64,000 nt of DNA from a virus. Position 1 is the first letter of the stretch. Every line of letters begins with the position of its first letter. Location: IMG/VR virus record IMGVR_UViG_3300046820_002141, positions 7,446-71,445 of that record; one strand, 5' to 3'. The position numbers and the translations under genes are program-made. Positions 33,601-40,226 of this stretch are shown here, piece after piece. Under the pieces are notes generated by a model. That model did no database searches, had not been told where the DNA came from, and saw only the letters and a list, made by a program, of their open reading frames with translations.

Positions 33601-34736
33601 TCAAATTCAATTTCACCTGAATCAAAAATATGAAGTTCCCATCCTGTATAACCCGTTTCAACGTAAGAAATTAAAGTGGATTTTGCGATTGGAAGGTCAA
33701 TATAATTTAACCAAAATTCTATTGTAAAGTCTCCATCAAAAATTATTTCATTATTTAGAAAACTATAAGTATAATTGTCTTGACTTAACAATAAACTACC
33801 TTGATTAACAGAATTAAATGTATCGTCTATAGTACCATCGGCATTAAATCTTACAATATTATTTATATAATTTAAAGTACCATCATCGATTACCGTAAAA
33901 TCACCTCCTGCTATTATTTTACCATCTGATTGTGTCGCAATTGAATTTACAATAGTTGTGCCTGTGTTTCCAGTGCCTCCTGTAAATGTTGCATTTTGGA
34001 AATTACCATCAACACCTCCAGCCGCAAAGGTATCTAAACATGTTTTACAATCATTAAAAACTAAAGAACTTTCTAAAATTGGTGTGCCGCCTGAAACATC
34101 TGACCAATCACCCATGTACATACTTGACACTACTGTTTTACAACTTGAGTCTCCATAAGGTAAATTAACCACAGAACCTTTATCATAGAAAGGTTGGTGA
34201 CTTAATATGATGCTTTGAGTTCCTCCTGAACAATCTTCTACCAAATAATATATACCATTTGATTCAATAGCTTGATTACAAGTATTGTAAGGTACGTAAT
34301 TTATTAATTTTGGAATATAACTTTCATATGTAAAAGGTAATATATTCGTTATAATCGCCGGAGTTCTTAAAAATTCAATTCCTGAGTCTTCGTAAACAAC
34401 ATCAAGAAAAACTATGTCATTTTTTTTAAATCTTTTATCAACTAATAAGGTCAATCCTATTGTATCGACACATCCCGAAACTGTAACTACCTTTGTATTT
34501 GAGCTTAAACATGACTCACAATCACCGTATTCTGTTATATAAGAATGGGTAGAAGCCGTTGATGTAGAAGCCGAATAAAATGTGGCACACACTATTTCAT
34601 ATGGGTTATTAATACTTTGTAAATTAAATGTACCACCAGTAACAGATATATTACTACCCACCACGTAAGTTATAGGTGTTCCTGTTATTGGTTGTACACA
34701 ATCTTGGAAATCATAGTAAAAATTGAAAGCACTCAT
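21693..34736 (-). CDS. giant Thr/Pro-rich multidomain adhesin/fibre-like protein (delta-60 propeller repeats, LamG, Cys-rich modules, PKD-like and DUF285/BspA-like C-terminus)
   Basis: 4347-aa ORF; DGKIIAGGDF/RFNADGTIDDTF repeats; DFTIEFW...WYHVALVR LamG; many TPTPT tracts; IDWGDG and WNVSGVTNL..MF repeats. Confidence 0.85.
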   Translation of the reverse strand: MSAFNFYYDFQDCVQPITGTPITYVVGSNISVTGGTFNLQSINNPYEIVCATFYSASTSTASTHSYITEYGDCESCLSSNTKVVTVSGCVDTIGLTLLVDKRFKKNDIVFLDVVYEDSGIEFLRTPAIITNILPFTYESYIPKLINYVPYNTCNQAIESNGIYYLVEDCSGGTQSIILSHQPFYDKGSVVNLPYGDSSCKTVVSSMYMGDWSDVSGGTPILESSLVFNDCKTCLDTFAAGGVDGNFQNATFTGGTGNTGTTIVNSIATQSDGKIIAGGDFTVIDDGTLNYINNIVRFNADGTIDDTFNSVNQGSLLLSQDNYTYSFLNNEIIFDGDFTIEFWLNYIDLPIAKSTLISYVETGYTGWELHIFDSGEIEFEYSGTQLNFGTTLSPNNWYHVALVRENDVIDLYINGALDVNSGNTVTDTLKATTGTTFYIGTNWDKTSYIDANITNIRITNSSVYSGEFEPKRTPLTLNQSSYGNINSIISDDVQLLMNFKSESSFLVDESNNSSSFILSVPAITPITYTPIPTSTFKDVFSGKIDNSFYTLNLPDNYKLDLFGKEYDTIYLDSNNYITFDQGSGAGSLVLPEQIPSEVGSSGLFLSSYDNVFSDNSSFISRISTGFTDNGESFVVRVQGGLKSSLNAFCRCYMVTISSNYNLPSNATSISIIGRPCTTSFTNAPVTLFTMLPGETSSPFCAWEEPIVNASGFNYGPFITNPTSAWAFMTVINQNNGICQVEVQPNGATPYVCPPPPVTPTTTPTTTNTPTITPTKTVTRTVTRTRDADKVCWFIQYVPNPDFPNGTGTFIYFPPGLPIAYIYVTADNPTASVCYPSDGTYVPGQLISVTITNTLCVNDGDCVPETPTPTATVTKTLTPTITQTITSTPDLCLSGCYIILSTATNPGLFYSYNFNAGTFTQFSIPGLNSAIDVAFGTSTMFTLPQNTNNIIRRATIGSNTTCFPDGVQNITNIVVTTIPPLLPPPFNISLGPGLSRNPFTTTESVLAAQIGWIANTSHSVVSIFTAGINAGTTTVLFNLGDRTLVDGDIKGVFCNNIPTIFVTTVDTNSGPPVYRFEQWSSDANGVWTQDVQIQMPFSSDGIFVWEDNVYIVRKGFGNGIYRVNLTGPWTNPANNVTFITNGPAGVIISGADNKLNTNNCDENICVVIPPDCSCHTFTTGGFTTEIRFVTYRNCQNQLVTLDSTFFLIDDFTYGPFCVSNTSPITSDNIIINELGSCTNDGDCDPPNPPCACVSFFVKFGTEAPSNQTTISYLDCQGSPVVLTGLVNFPIDNTSYGPFCVSTVVNTINVTIVDFISTCTNQGDCVLPETPTPTPTKTMTPTVTRTLTKTPTNTPLPQCDVFLLWERPTGLFGTVLIQVVRLLGTATQTQIGLPISNNSVLRFGFCQTQIGFNGDCSNILKDIAHSYNVGTGITKIWVLTRQLRSTQGFYESRIFEWESQPYTLTFTTQPTVYTLSLSNSASDPWEPGNAMTGVDFNRVLVTNTAVSPNRVIRLTLNSGVVTSQQLFNLLPDVIVQGDIMLTSTNKLIFNTRSVNSPFVNRLYQYNYTTFALETIEELPNIPTSDLVTNGESGLYQDANGFINIIKNLNNTSADLYIANVAQFPNSWTLNNNLIAPFNSAGTFSSFKGASSNVICNPHELLPCLCYTYKWPNGSTTIPGSISFTDCNGNPITFAPIQSITPGSPATAGSFCSNMSLAQLEAQAINTDIDIAGLCGLEDSPCDIEECCFTQINFVLIRTSVIAQNNTFGWEVRSFNPTTNVWGVSLTSQVTTDARWTDIAHTWDPITSTGRGWILQKRRLTNGITQNRILEYSINSTLQWNFARNINFFAGSILGDSLTVYDSQYLLISQYFTTSQGQRLALVDYSVGGGSFTAVPTPLVPNIIIPCNVNTNPISTANPIAGGDFIVTRDSNDNPSKIIFAGYSNVWIDGGTNQNRIYQWNISTGVLESGIIIPYNSFSSAIEPVRLNGIIVNCDNIFIFNQTNNTLSDTRLFVLNTINGTLTPFIQGQPFQNYGNVRQIVGASSNFRCSTVELPPSITPTPTVTATLTKTPTKTPTRTVTKTVTPTVTKTPTRTVTSTKDPICRCHRFVYIGGPTDPNSTITVRRCGFANTTDFTLGFGNLFSSNASTARPYWNICVYDFTISNPSLVELEEITDVCDQFSIGPVGDCPNPPYCRCVTYVWTPAFSPNGTPIDGNVKYNPCGTNGISQTIVTPIGPNTINGSTLTICVQSGTVPALTYAQLVEIGDLCEEGQNCVQLTETPTPTPTKTPTRTITNTPTRTITPTKTVTQTLTSTPTPTLQDCFCYTFMLDEGFFDFGQITYTPCTSTSQTTVTLTYDFAVISICSSDVPTYDPNIQLIDDTVSCNSIAGCISDPTCRCTTFTWIPTYNSIGNPVLGRLSYEDCEGGTNNYVFGPDNVNFVLTITDCVAKISFVSSVIAVEVGQVCTYSPNDCQAITPTPTATSTVTPTKTPTRTNTPTVTKTITKTITQTNTVTQTGRVCRCTTVQFTLWGVPNASGFVTYRPCDQPNSQITLPLNNNQPFQTFCTEYPLQGSKYEIVSVDTQCNSDLDCETPPPCVCHVVTYIGPNAGGFRYFPCGVFHPAEPTTVLMPSEGTEFYVCVQLGQPQGIQPIATVGDVTAQPGILCNFDSCQPVSPTPTPTNTKTPTVTPTVTGTKTQTPTSTKTPTVTPTVTKTLTITPTITHTITITPTITNTSTVTPTKNESPTPTPTITKTITRTPTVTPTNPCGTCETVYLSYDCPTSPVTLGAGLGTECRTFVVELNSPNLFVGDLRLNMWDINSPPWSNVTVTVTDHNGNILVNEIFPPGTNMGDLPILYIPSNNTPNPIATLTFDRPCGGIMEFAITCLPVPNSPTPTPTKTLTPTITKTTTITPTITPTKLIDCGYGNQIPCYCYNIFNITDNQSVTIEYVLCDGGLNVDTETIFALGSVNICSPLPLLNLSEIQDLIIITQGQQCCGNNDCNISPNESPTPTKTITQTPTVTPTITPTVTISQTITSSLTVSPTVTQTVTKTSTVTPTVTQTPTLTQTITATLTQTSTVTRTRTPQGCYCFTFTNNNNNTSVIIPFINCFFEDDQVTVFAGVNNTASVCVYNGAFTINNENVTATISDECYLVNNNYSCFAPSPTPTQTSTVTATPTVTKTLTATPTSTITPTITSTQTQTVTVTPTVTKTSTVTQTQTVTTTQTVTQTPTLTKTVTVTPTLTVTSTVTNTPTVTTTITPTITKTSTPTVTRTKDNLCGPCTTQVYNVNCTPYAFPPAPIVYSIPAGQCQTITINIGDQLNGGPGYFDYYFSVTPSAGSTISISVDDNLQGSGISNSPVFNAAGTWNYQGYAFGPGTNVVTISIPCGGSVSATFQCADEANLGFTDIIYKFYSNNPGVFDVIINSNKTKGLVNPNSGISNGSDRYQQIFDGSSLKAYRFNSNGGQLNLPQFSTKTPLLIGNGVTNNGDGDTAQVKSLTVLNDNKILVGGEFTMYNETSVNNLIKLNNDGTFDSTFIQNSISGIVNSTFVNTDGSIIVGGDFTVTGMTSSYTNLVKLTKNGNLDTTFKVGNGFNGPVNVVKSLSDKTIVVGGKFTQYQGGTARGLVRLNSDGSLLTNYKGGFNVSSSYTPNVSDVVAFYNGTILVVGGDSDSNSWLTTFQGVNTPTNIVKLKSNGYVDQTFSSTTGFDGYVLSVSEQFDGKLIIGGYFDCYEDVNGSTCGLSGLTRLNSNGLIDDTFPDLSAFDGPISKTFIKPNTLELYVGGEFETPYDRLVKIYAGGRYQLYEFTGCNGTLGFVYLPTAPTNNVVKARVNQSTVICGYVGSIVVSGDTNIFYSEGNTYYTSCSECNEIYQVKLLVREAGKSDYVINRTMTESQIDKVLTDGPIFSTGGPEIYEILDFWLGSDNVTEVPPTPTPSVTKTPTVTKTATVTKTITPTITTTIEPTQTSTPTPTVTKTITATITYTPSVTETTTQSPTITKTVTPTQSCLCLSFENTGTTEVEITLMSCESYEIYIKLQAGSSTRFCCTSVISTDPSVVQTNNGPCSDGRCPGTPTPTPSNTLTPTITPTPTQPEKAFISVWSGSSVTLPYNGIGTYSGTIDWGDGSVSANTFANRTHTYSGSGTWTITITGTITGWASSNAPTENNKLLEIKQWNNVKNVFGQAASFSGCSNLVLTGVTDTYDFNGVTNTLNMFPGCTSITTINNISSWNVSGVTNLGNMFNGCINFNDDISTWDVSNVISVSNMLYSATSFNQNLGSWDISNVSGFSDFMAYCGISTANYDNTLVGWANLTLQTGRYFGAYGLTYTSAGAGGTARSSIISNYSWSFVGDSGV

Positions 34737-34770
34737 TGTTGAATTTTCTTTATAAATATTATAAAAAATA

Positions 34771-34797
34771 AAAAGGAGGTATAAAACCTCCCTTTTT
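34771..34797. terminator. intrinsic terminator (bidirectional type)
   Basis: aaaa-ggaggt-ataaa-acctcc-ctttt. Confidence 0.7.
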
Positions 34798-34818
34798 ATA
34801 AATTATATTTTAGTTATT

Positions 34819-37152
34819 TTAATTAACTGAAATCTTTCTTATTTCGACTGTTCCATCGGAGTAGTGAATGTGAATTATATTAAGTCCTTTTTCAAGTATT
34901 GCCTCATCAATACTACCGTATCTAATTGGTTTTTCATACAAGTTACTAAATTGTCTAACTTCAACAAATTTAACTTCAGGTGTGTCAGTAACATCTCCGT
35001 TGTTAACCGCAGTTGCAAGTCTTGTTACCACACAATCAACTTGATTATTTGCAAGGTTACTATCACCTGTTCCTCCGTTTACAGTAAGAATTGTAACTCT
35101 CATTGTATTAGAACCACCAGGTTGAATTGCACAAGCCGTTGGGCTAAAGCATACCGCAGATGAGTTCCAAGAAATTGCAATAGGATTTGTTAAAGTTCCT
35201 CCATTCGGTAATAATATATATTGGCCAGGTAATAATGGTCCTTGCCAAGAAGTTGATGTTGGCCAAGTTAATGTTGTTCCACAAGGACTAAATGGACTTG
35301 TAAATCCTGAACAGTCAACCCAAGTTCTTCTCCAAGTAAATGATGTAATTGGAACTGAACCGGTATTTGTAACTTTCCATTGTAGTGATACTGCTGCCTG
35401 AGAAGCGGGAATTGTTATACTTCCTGATAATGGGGAAGTAAGTACAACTGATAAATCCCCTCCTGTAACAATAGGTTGAGTGACTGTGAAACTCGATTGT
35501 CTTGTATTATCATTTGAATTAGTCTCTGAAACAGTGCCCATATAATTAGCTCTGCTAATAATATATCTAACCCCTGTAACATTACCAACATTATAAGTTA
35601 TTGTTTCAACATCTGTTGCAACTCCTCCACCTAATGTACCACTTGTAACACCTATGATAACATCATCAGCGTCTCCCCAAGTTGTGTTAGTTGATAATCT
35701 ATGTTGAGTCATTACTTCAACTGCTGGATAAGTTGGGTTCTGTGTTGCAATTGTTGCTGAAATTGTAATATTAGAACCGACTGTAACAGTCGCAGGACTT
35801 ACAGTTAAAGTATTAATTACAAAGTTGTGAACCAATGTTGGTGGTGGAGGTGGTGGAACAATTCCTCCAGGATTTGGTGTTGCGTTAATTGCGTCTTTTA
35901 GATTAATTCTACCATAACCAAGTTCATTACTTCTTGTTGATAATGGCCAAGTTGCATTATTTGAGTAAACATATCCACCAACTTTTTCAGCCGTTGTTGC
36001 AAGTATTTGTAAAACTTGGTCATCAGTTAATTCCCAATTCTTATAAAATACAAAGGCAGCAGCTGCTGCCGTGATAGGACAAGAGAATGATGTTCCATTA
36101 ATGGAAGTGTAATCACCCGTACTATATCCCGCAGCACCTGGTCTATCAACAGTTCTGATAGATACTCCTGGTGCTGATATATCACATATTTGACCAAAGT
36201 TAGAAAAACTTGCTCTTGTATCGGTTGTTGTTGTAGCACCAATACCCCAAACTCCACTGTAATTTGCAGGATATTGTGCCGCAGTTCCTGAATAACCGTT
36301 ACCTGATGACGCAACTACGACCATACCTTTACCACCTCTTGCCGTTGTTCTTGCCGCTTGGAAAGCTGCGTCAAGTGCCGATGAATAAGATGAACCACCA
36401 TAAGACATTGCAATTGCAACACAAGTTGGATTAGCCATAGCTGCATTAACACCATTAATCTGAATAACATCTGAAGTAGAGAAACTACCTCCAGCAAAAA
36501 CCTGAGACATGATATTAACAGGCATTACCTTTACTTTGTTGTTACCAACACTACTAACTCCGATACTGTTGTTTGTAACCGCCGCTATAGTTCCAGAACA
36601 TGTTGTTCCATGTTTATCTTCAGCATTTACATAAGGAATGTTTGTAGTACTGTTAACAGCGTTAAATGGGTTAGTTGTATTACCAACCAAGTCAGGAATT
36701 GTTAAATCAAGTCCGCCATCAAACATCGCAACACTTACAGTTGGGTTATTTGCCGGAACTAAATCCCAAGCTTCATCAGCATCAATGTCTTTATCACTTG
36801 TTTGTTTTAAATGCCAACACTGAGAAAATTCCACATCATTTGGAATATAATCGAGCGTCATTTCTACTTTTTGGTCTTTATAGACCTCTTTAATAAATGG
36901 AAGGTCTTTAGATGACCTAACGAATGAATCTTGAGTTAAGTTCTCAGGTAGTAATACAACATACCATCCGAGCTGCTCAAAATTTACAACAATCTGTGCG
37001 TTACTCCTTTGGATAAACGCTTGAGTTTGTGATTCCATTCCTTTTTGTGGAACCACCATTACTTGTCTGTCTATATTTTTGGATAGGTCATACTGACTAT
37101 ACCCGAAAATAAAGGAGAGACAAAGGGTTAATAATAAAACGACTTTTTTCAT
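34819..37152 (-). CDS. secreted S8 subtilisin-like serine protease with CARDB/Ig-like domains
   Basis: Signal peptide; catalytic triad FDGG / HGTTCSG / GTSFSCP; oxyanion SSGN. Confidence 0.9.
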   Translation of the reverse strand: MKKVVLLLTLCLSFIFGYSQYDLSKNIDRQVMVVPQKGMESQTQAFIQRSNAQIVVNFEQLGWYVVLLPENLTQDSFVRSSKDLPFIKEVYKDQKVEMTLDYIPNDVEFSQCWHLKQTSDKDIDADEAWDLVPANNPTVSVAMFDGGLDLTIPDLVGNTTNPFNAVNSTTNIPYVNAEDKHGTTCSGTIAAVTNNSIGVSSVGNNKVKVMPVNIMSQVFAGGSFSTSDVIQINGVNAAMANPTCVAIAMSYGGSSYSSALDAAFQAARTTARGGKGMVVVASSGNGYSGTAAQYPANYSGVWGIGATTTTDTRASFSNFGQICDISAPGVSIRTVDRPGAAGYSTGDYTSINGTSFSCPITAAAAAFVFYKNWELTDDQVLQILATTAEKVGGYVYSNNATWPLSTRSNELGYGRINLKDAINATPNPGGIVPPPPPPTLVHNFVINTLTVSPATVTVGSNITISATIATQNPTYPAVEVMTQHRLSTNTTWGDADDVIIGVTSGTLGGGVATDVETITYNVGNVTGVRYIISRANYMGTVSETNSNDNTRQSSFTVTQPIVTGGDLSVVLTSPLSGSITIPASQAAVSLQWKVTNTGSVPITSFTWRRTWVDCSGFTSPFSPCGTTLTWPTSTSWQGPLLPGQYILLPNGGTLTNPIAISWNSSAVCFSPTACAIQPGGSNTMRVTILTVNGGTGDSNLANNQVDCVVTRLATAVNNGDVTDTPEVKFVEVRQFSNLYEKPIRYGSIDEAILEKGLNIIHIHYSDGTVEIRKISVN

Positions 37153-37179
37153 TTTTTTTATTTATTTAATTGTTTATTA

Positions 37180-37755
37180 TCATTTGACCTTGTAATTGTT
37201 ATAGTCAGACGATTTTGGCTCTTCATTTTTGAAGAAATATTTTTCTTTTTTATTTCCGTAAGTTATAATTTTTGTAAAAGAATCAGGTACAGTTGCTCCT
37301 GTAGACAAAATTTTTGAATTTTTAGTATAATTCATCCTGATTTCAACTGAGACAGTGTTACTTTTTGCGAGTTCCCTTTCACGAACCTCAAGAAGTCTCC
37401 ATACTCCACGATTAAGTTTCTCATGTTGGAGTACACAATTAAGATATGAGAAACTTTGTTTTAAATTTTCTTTATTACAGTTAAAGTCTGCGGCTGGCGC
37501 CAAATGACCCTTATCGTATACATTATTTTCATAGTCTTCCTCACTTGAGGTAACAATTCCTTTCACAGGGTAAAAATCAAGACCTTTACGAGATATTGTA
37601 CCATCAGTACATAATACCTTATATTCTACCCATTTTGGTTGTTGCAACTTTTCAGAATATACTACATTAAAAATAGATGTGGTCACATAAACCGAATCTC
37701 TAAGTTGTGCATTTGTTAGTAATGGTAGAAAAAACAATAAAAATAAAAACCTCAT
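37180..37755 (-). CDS. DNA/RNA non-specific endonuclease (NucA/EndoG family) with signal peptide
   Basis: YDKGHLAPAADF, LNRGVWRLLE; hydrophobic N-terminus. Confidence 0.9.
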   Translation of the reverse strand: MRFLFLLFFLPLLTNAQLRDSVYVTTSIFNVVYSEKLQQPKWVEYKVLCTDGTISRKGLDFYPVKGIVTSSEEDYENNVYDKGHLAPAADFNCNKENLKQSFSYLNCVLQHEKLNRGVWRLLEVRERELAKSNTVSVEIRMNYTKNSKILSTGATVPDSFTKIITYGNKKEKYFFKNEEPKSSDYNNYKVK

Positions 37756-37846
37756 ATGTAAAAAACATTTACATATAAATATCGTTGTTTAAGTTTGGTG
37801 ACTCTTGTGTTAAACCACTTTATGTCGAATCATAATAAGGTTTCGT

Positions 37847-38257
37847 CTACTTTTCTATTACAACTTGGTTTTCACCCACTTTGAATCTATAAAGGTCTGA
37901 TTGTCTGAATACAGTTATTACTACAAGTTTCCAATAAGTACCTGTTTGTTTTTCAGGTGAAACCGCCATCGCAAGTTCCCACCTGTTAGATACTAGAACA
38001 AATGGCTCACTTTCTTCAATTTCACCATTTATGATTTTTTCAGCAATATCTCTTTTAAACATTCGTATGAATTCCACAATTTCTGAGTTAGATACCGGTC
38101 TCTGATTATAGTCCTCTAAGTCTCTTCCCCCGCCTCTGTAATTGGAATGTTTCGTAGTGATAATATCAAAACCAAAAACAATTTCAAAATTAGTTGATAT
38201 TTGACCTATCTTCTTTTCAAGAATTAGATGTTTTTTTATAGTCTCTCTAAGATTCAT
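37847..38257 (-). CDS. hypothetical protein
   Basis: 136-aa ORF, MNLRETIKKHLILE N-terminus, TATTTATA upstream. Confidence 0.7.
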   Translation of the reverse strand: MNLRETIKKHLILEKKIGQISTNFEIVFGFDIITTKHSNYRGGGRDLEDYNQRPVSNSEIVEFIRMFKRDIAEKIINGEIEESEPFVLVSNRWELAMAVSPEKQTGTYWKLVVITVFRQSDLYRFKVGENQVVIEK

Positions 38258-38290
38258 ATTATATAAATATTTTGTTAAATAAAAGATAAT

Positions 38291-38318
38291 AAAAAAGGGA
38301 CGATTTCTCGTCCCTTTT
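38291..38318 (-). terminator. intrinsic terminator after MCP
   Basis: aaaaaa-gggacga-tttc-tcgtccc-tttt. Confidence 0.8.
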
Positions 38319-38337
38319 AAATATACTATAGATAAGA

Positions 38338-40200
38338 TTATCTAAGTTCTTGTAAATCAAATGTACGTACACCATCAACTGTGATACGTCCGTAGAAACG
38401 GTTATTAACCATCTTCTTAGCATAACGTGTCATGATACCCTTAATAGGTGTAAAGTTGAATGGATTGTACATAGTTGGAGTTAATTGAAGTGGTACATAC
38501 GGTGCGTAAATGTAACCAGTGTCAAGTAACGATGTACCTTTGTGACCAATCAATACTTGGTTTGGTGGGAAGTATGGGTCACGATAAACCTGGTAACGAC
38601 CAGCTAAAGTACCCACTCTTTCAATACCCATGTTGTATTGGTCTTGCTCAGGTGATGCATTAGAAACGTGGAAGTATTCTAAGTCATCAAAGATTGCAGA
38701 AACCTCAGATGATACAACAATCCAGTTAGCTCCACCACGAAGTGTTGACTTGTGGATTTGAGCCGACAATTGGTTGATTGCCGTAATCAAAGTTTGGTTC
38801 CAATCTTTCTGAGTGTAAGATGTAGTTTGAGAAACTCTTCTCCAACCGTTGTAGTCCCAACGTAAGTTCCAAGCGGCACCCTTACGAAGGTCACGAAGAA
38901 TTTCACGGTCAATTTCTGCCGCTACTTGCTCTGACAATAAAGCCGTCAATTCAGCTTCCGCATCAATGTTGTGGAATGCCGCAACGTCTTGAGCGAGTTC
39001 TGGAGACCACTGAGCTCTTAATTTTCTTTCAGCAACTGAAACAGTTACAGACTCAAGGTCAAAAGAAACCTCACCGATTTGGTCTTCAAATTCTAAGTTC
39101 TTGTAACGTCTGAACACAGCACTAAAGTCATTTGGTCCTAAACCGTCAATAGTGGTACCAGTGTAACCATCTAATGATGTTGAATCACAATTAGCACATG
39201 CAGGACAAGAAAGGTCAACTTCAACATAAATGCAACCAGTTGGGTCACAGATATTGTTGTAATAACCATTGTTACCTTCAGAAGGCCATGCCGCTTGTGC
39301 ACGTGAAGAAAGACCTGATACGATACCTTGTCCGTATTGTTGAGTTACCACTCTGAACAATAAAGAATTAGGATTACCAAGTGCATCAAATGCGTTTTGG
39401 CAACCACCATCTTCCCATCCTGAAGTATTAGCAAATACTCTCAAATCAGACAAGAAAGTTTCTGAATCGTATTCATTACCGTCAGGTCCGATAAGTTTAC
39501 CGTTACCTACATTAGCAAAACCACAGAATTTAACGATAGCTTTTCTAACGTTAAGTGTGTCAAATTCATTAGTGTAGTCAACCAAAGTACCGGCAGACCA
39601 AATCTGAACTGTACCTGTTACTGTAACTGCAGACCACTGACCTTTTGAGTAGTCGAATAAACCTGGAGGGTCTAATTGACCTTCATTACCTTCGTAGAAT
39701 AAATCATAAAGATTCTTACCAAATTGGTTACCAACTGTATAACCAGCGTTAGGATTACCAGGGTAGTTACCAGGACCTCCTACAGGAGATAAGTGACTTC
39801 CTGATGCTCCATCATAATCCGCAGAACCTAACTGAGCAGTTTCGTAAGGATTACCACCACTGTAAGCTTGAATCTTTGGTACAAAGTAGAACAATTTACC
39901 GATAGGTAAGTTCATAGCTTGTACTGATACGATGTCATTAGCAAGTAATTTTGAGAATACACGTCTAACGATTGGGAATACAACAGTTTCAAATGAACCT
40001 GAAGAACCGTCAGAAGTTGCTTCGTTAATCAAATGTGACGCTTGGTTTTCATATAACTGCGCAACATTTTCTTTTAGGTGACCACGAAGGCCTTCAAGGA
40101 ACCCTAATTTGTCCCATTTGTTAATAGTATCTTCTTTGATAACTTTAAGGTGCTTAAGACCGATGTTACCAACAAGACCTGATTCTAATAATGCTCCCAT
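38338..40200 (-). CDS. major capsid protein (T4 gp23-like)
   Basis: VSVQAMNLP, RKLRAQWSPELAQD, AEIDREI, YAPYVPL, GIMTRYAK. Confidence 0.95.
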   Translation of the reverse strand: MGALLESGLVGNIGLKHLKVIKEDTINKWDKLGFLEGLRGHLKENVAQLYENQASHLINEATSDGSSGSFETVVFPIVRRVFSKLLANDIVSVQAMNLPIGKLFYFVPKIQAYSGGNPYETAQLGSADYDGASGSHLSPVGGPGNYPGNPNAGYTVGNQFGKNLYDLFYEGNEGQLDPPGLFDYSKGQWSAVTVTGTVQIWSAGTLVDYTNEFDTLNVRKAIVKFCGFANVGNGKLIGPDGNEYDSETFLSDLRVFANTSGWEDGGCQNAFDALGNPNSLLFRVVTQQYGQGIVSGLSSRAQAAWPSEGNNGYYNNICDPTGCIYVEVDLSCPACANCDSTSLDGYTGTTIDGLGPNDFSAVFRRYKNLEFEDQIGEVSFDLESVTVSVAERKLRAQWSPELAQDVAAFHNIDAEAELTALLSEQVAAEIDREILRDLRKGAAWNLRWDYNGWRRVSQTTSYTQKDWNQTLITAINQLSAQIHKSTLRGGANWIVVSSEVSAIFDDLEYFHVSNASPEQDQYNMGIERVGTLAGRYQVYRDPYFPPNQVLIGHKGTSLLDTGYIYAPYVPLQLTPTMYNPFNFTPIKGIMTRYAKKMVNNRFYGRITVDGVRTFDLQELR

Positions 40201-40226
40201 TGTTTTAATTTTTATTTATTTTAAGT

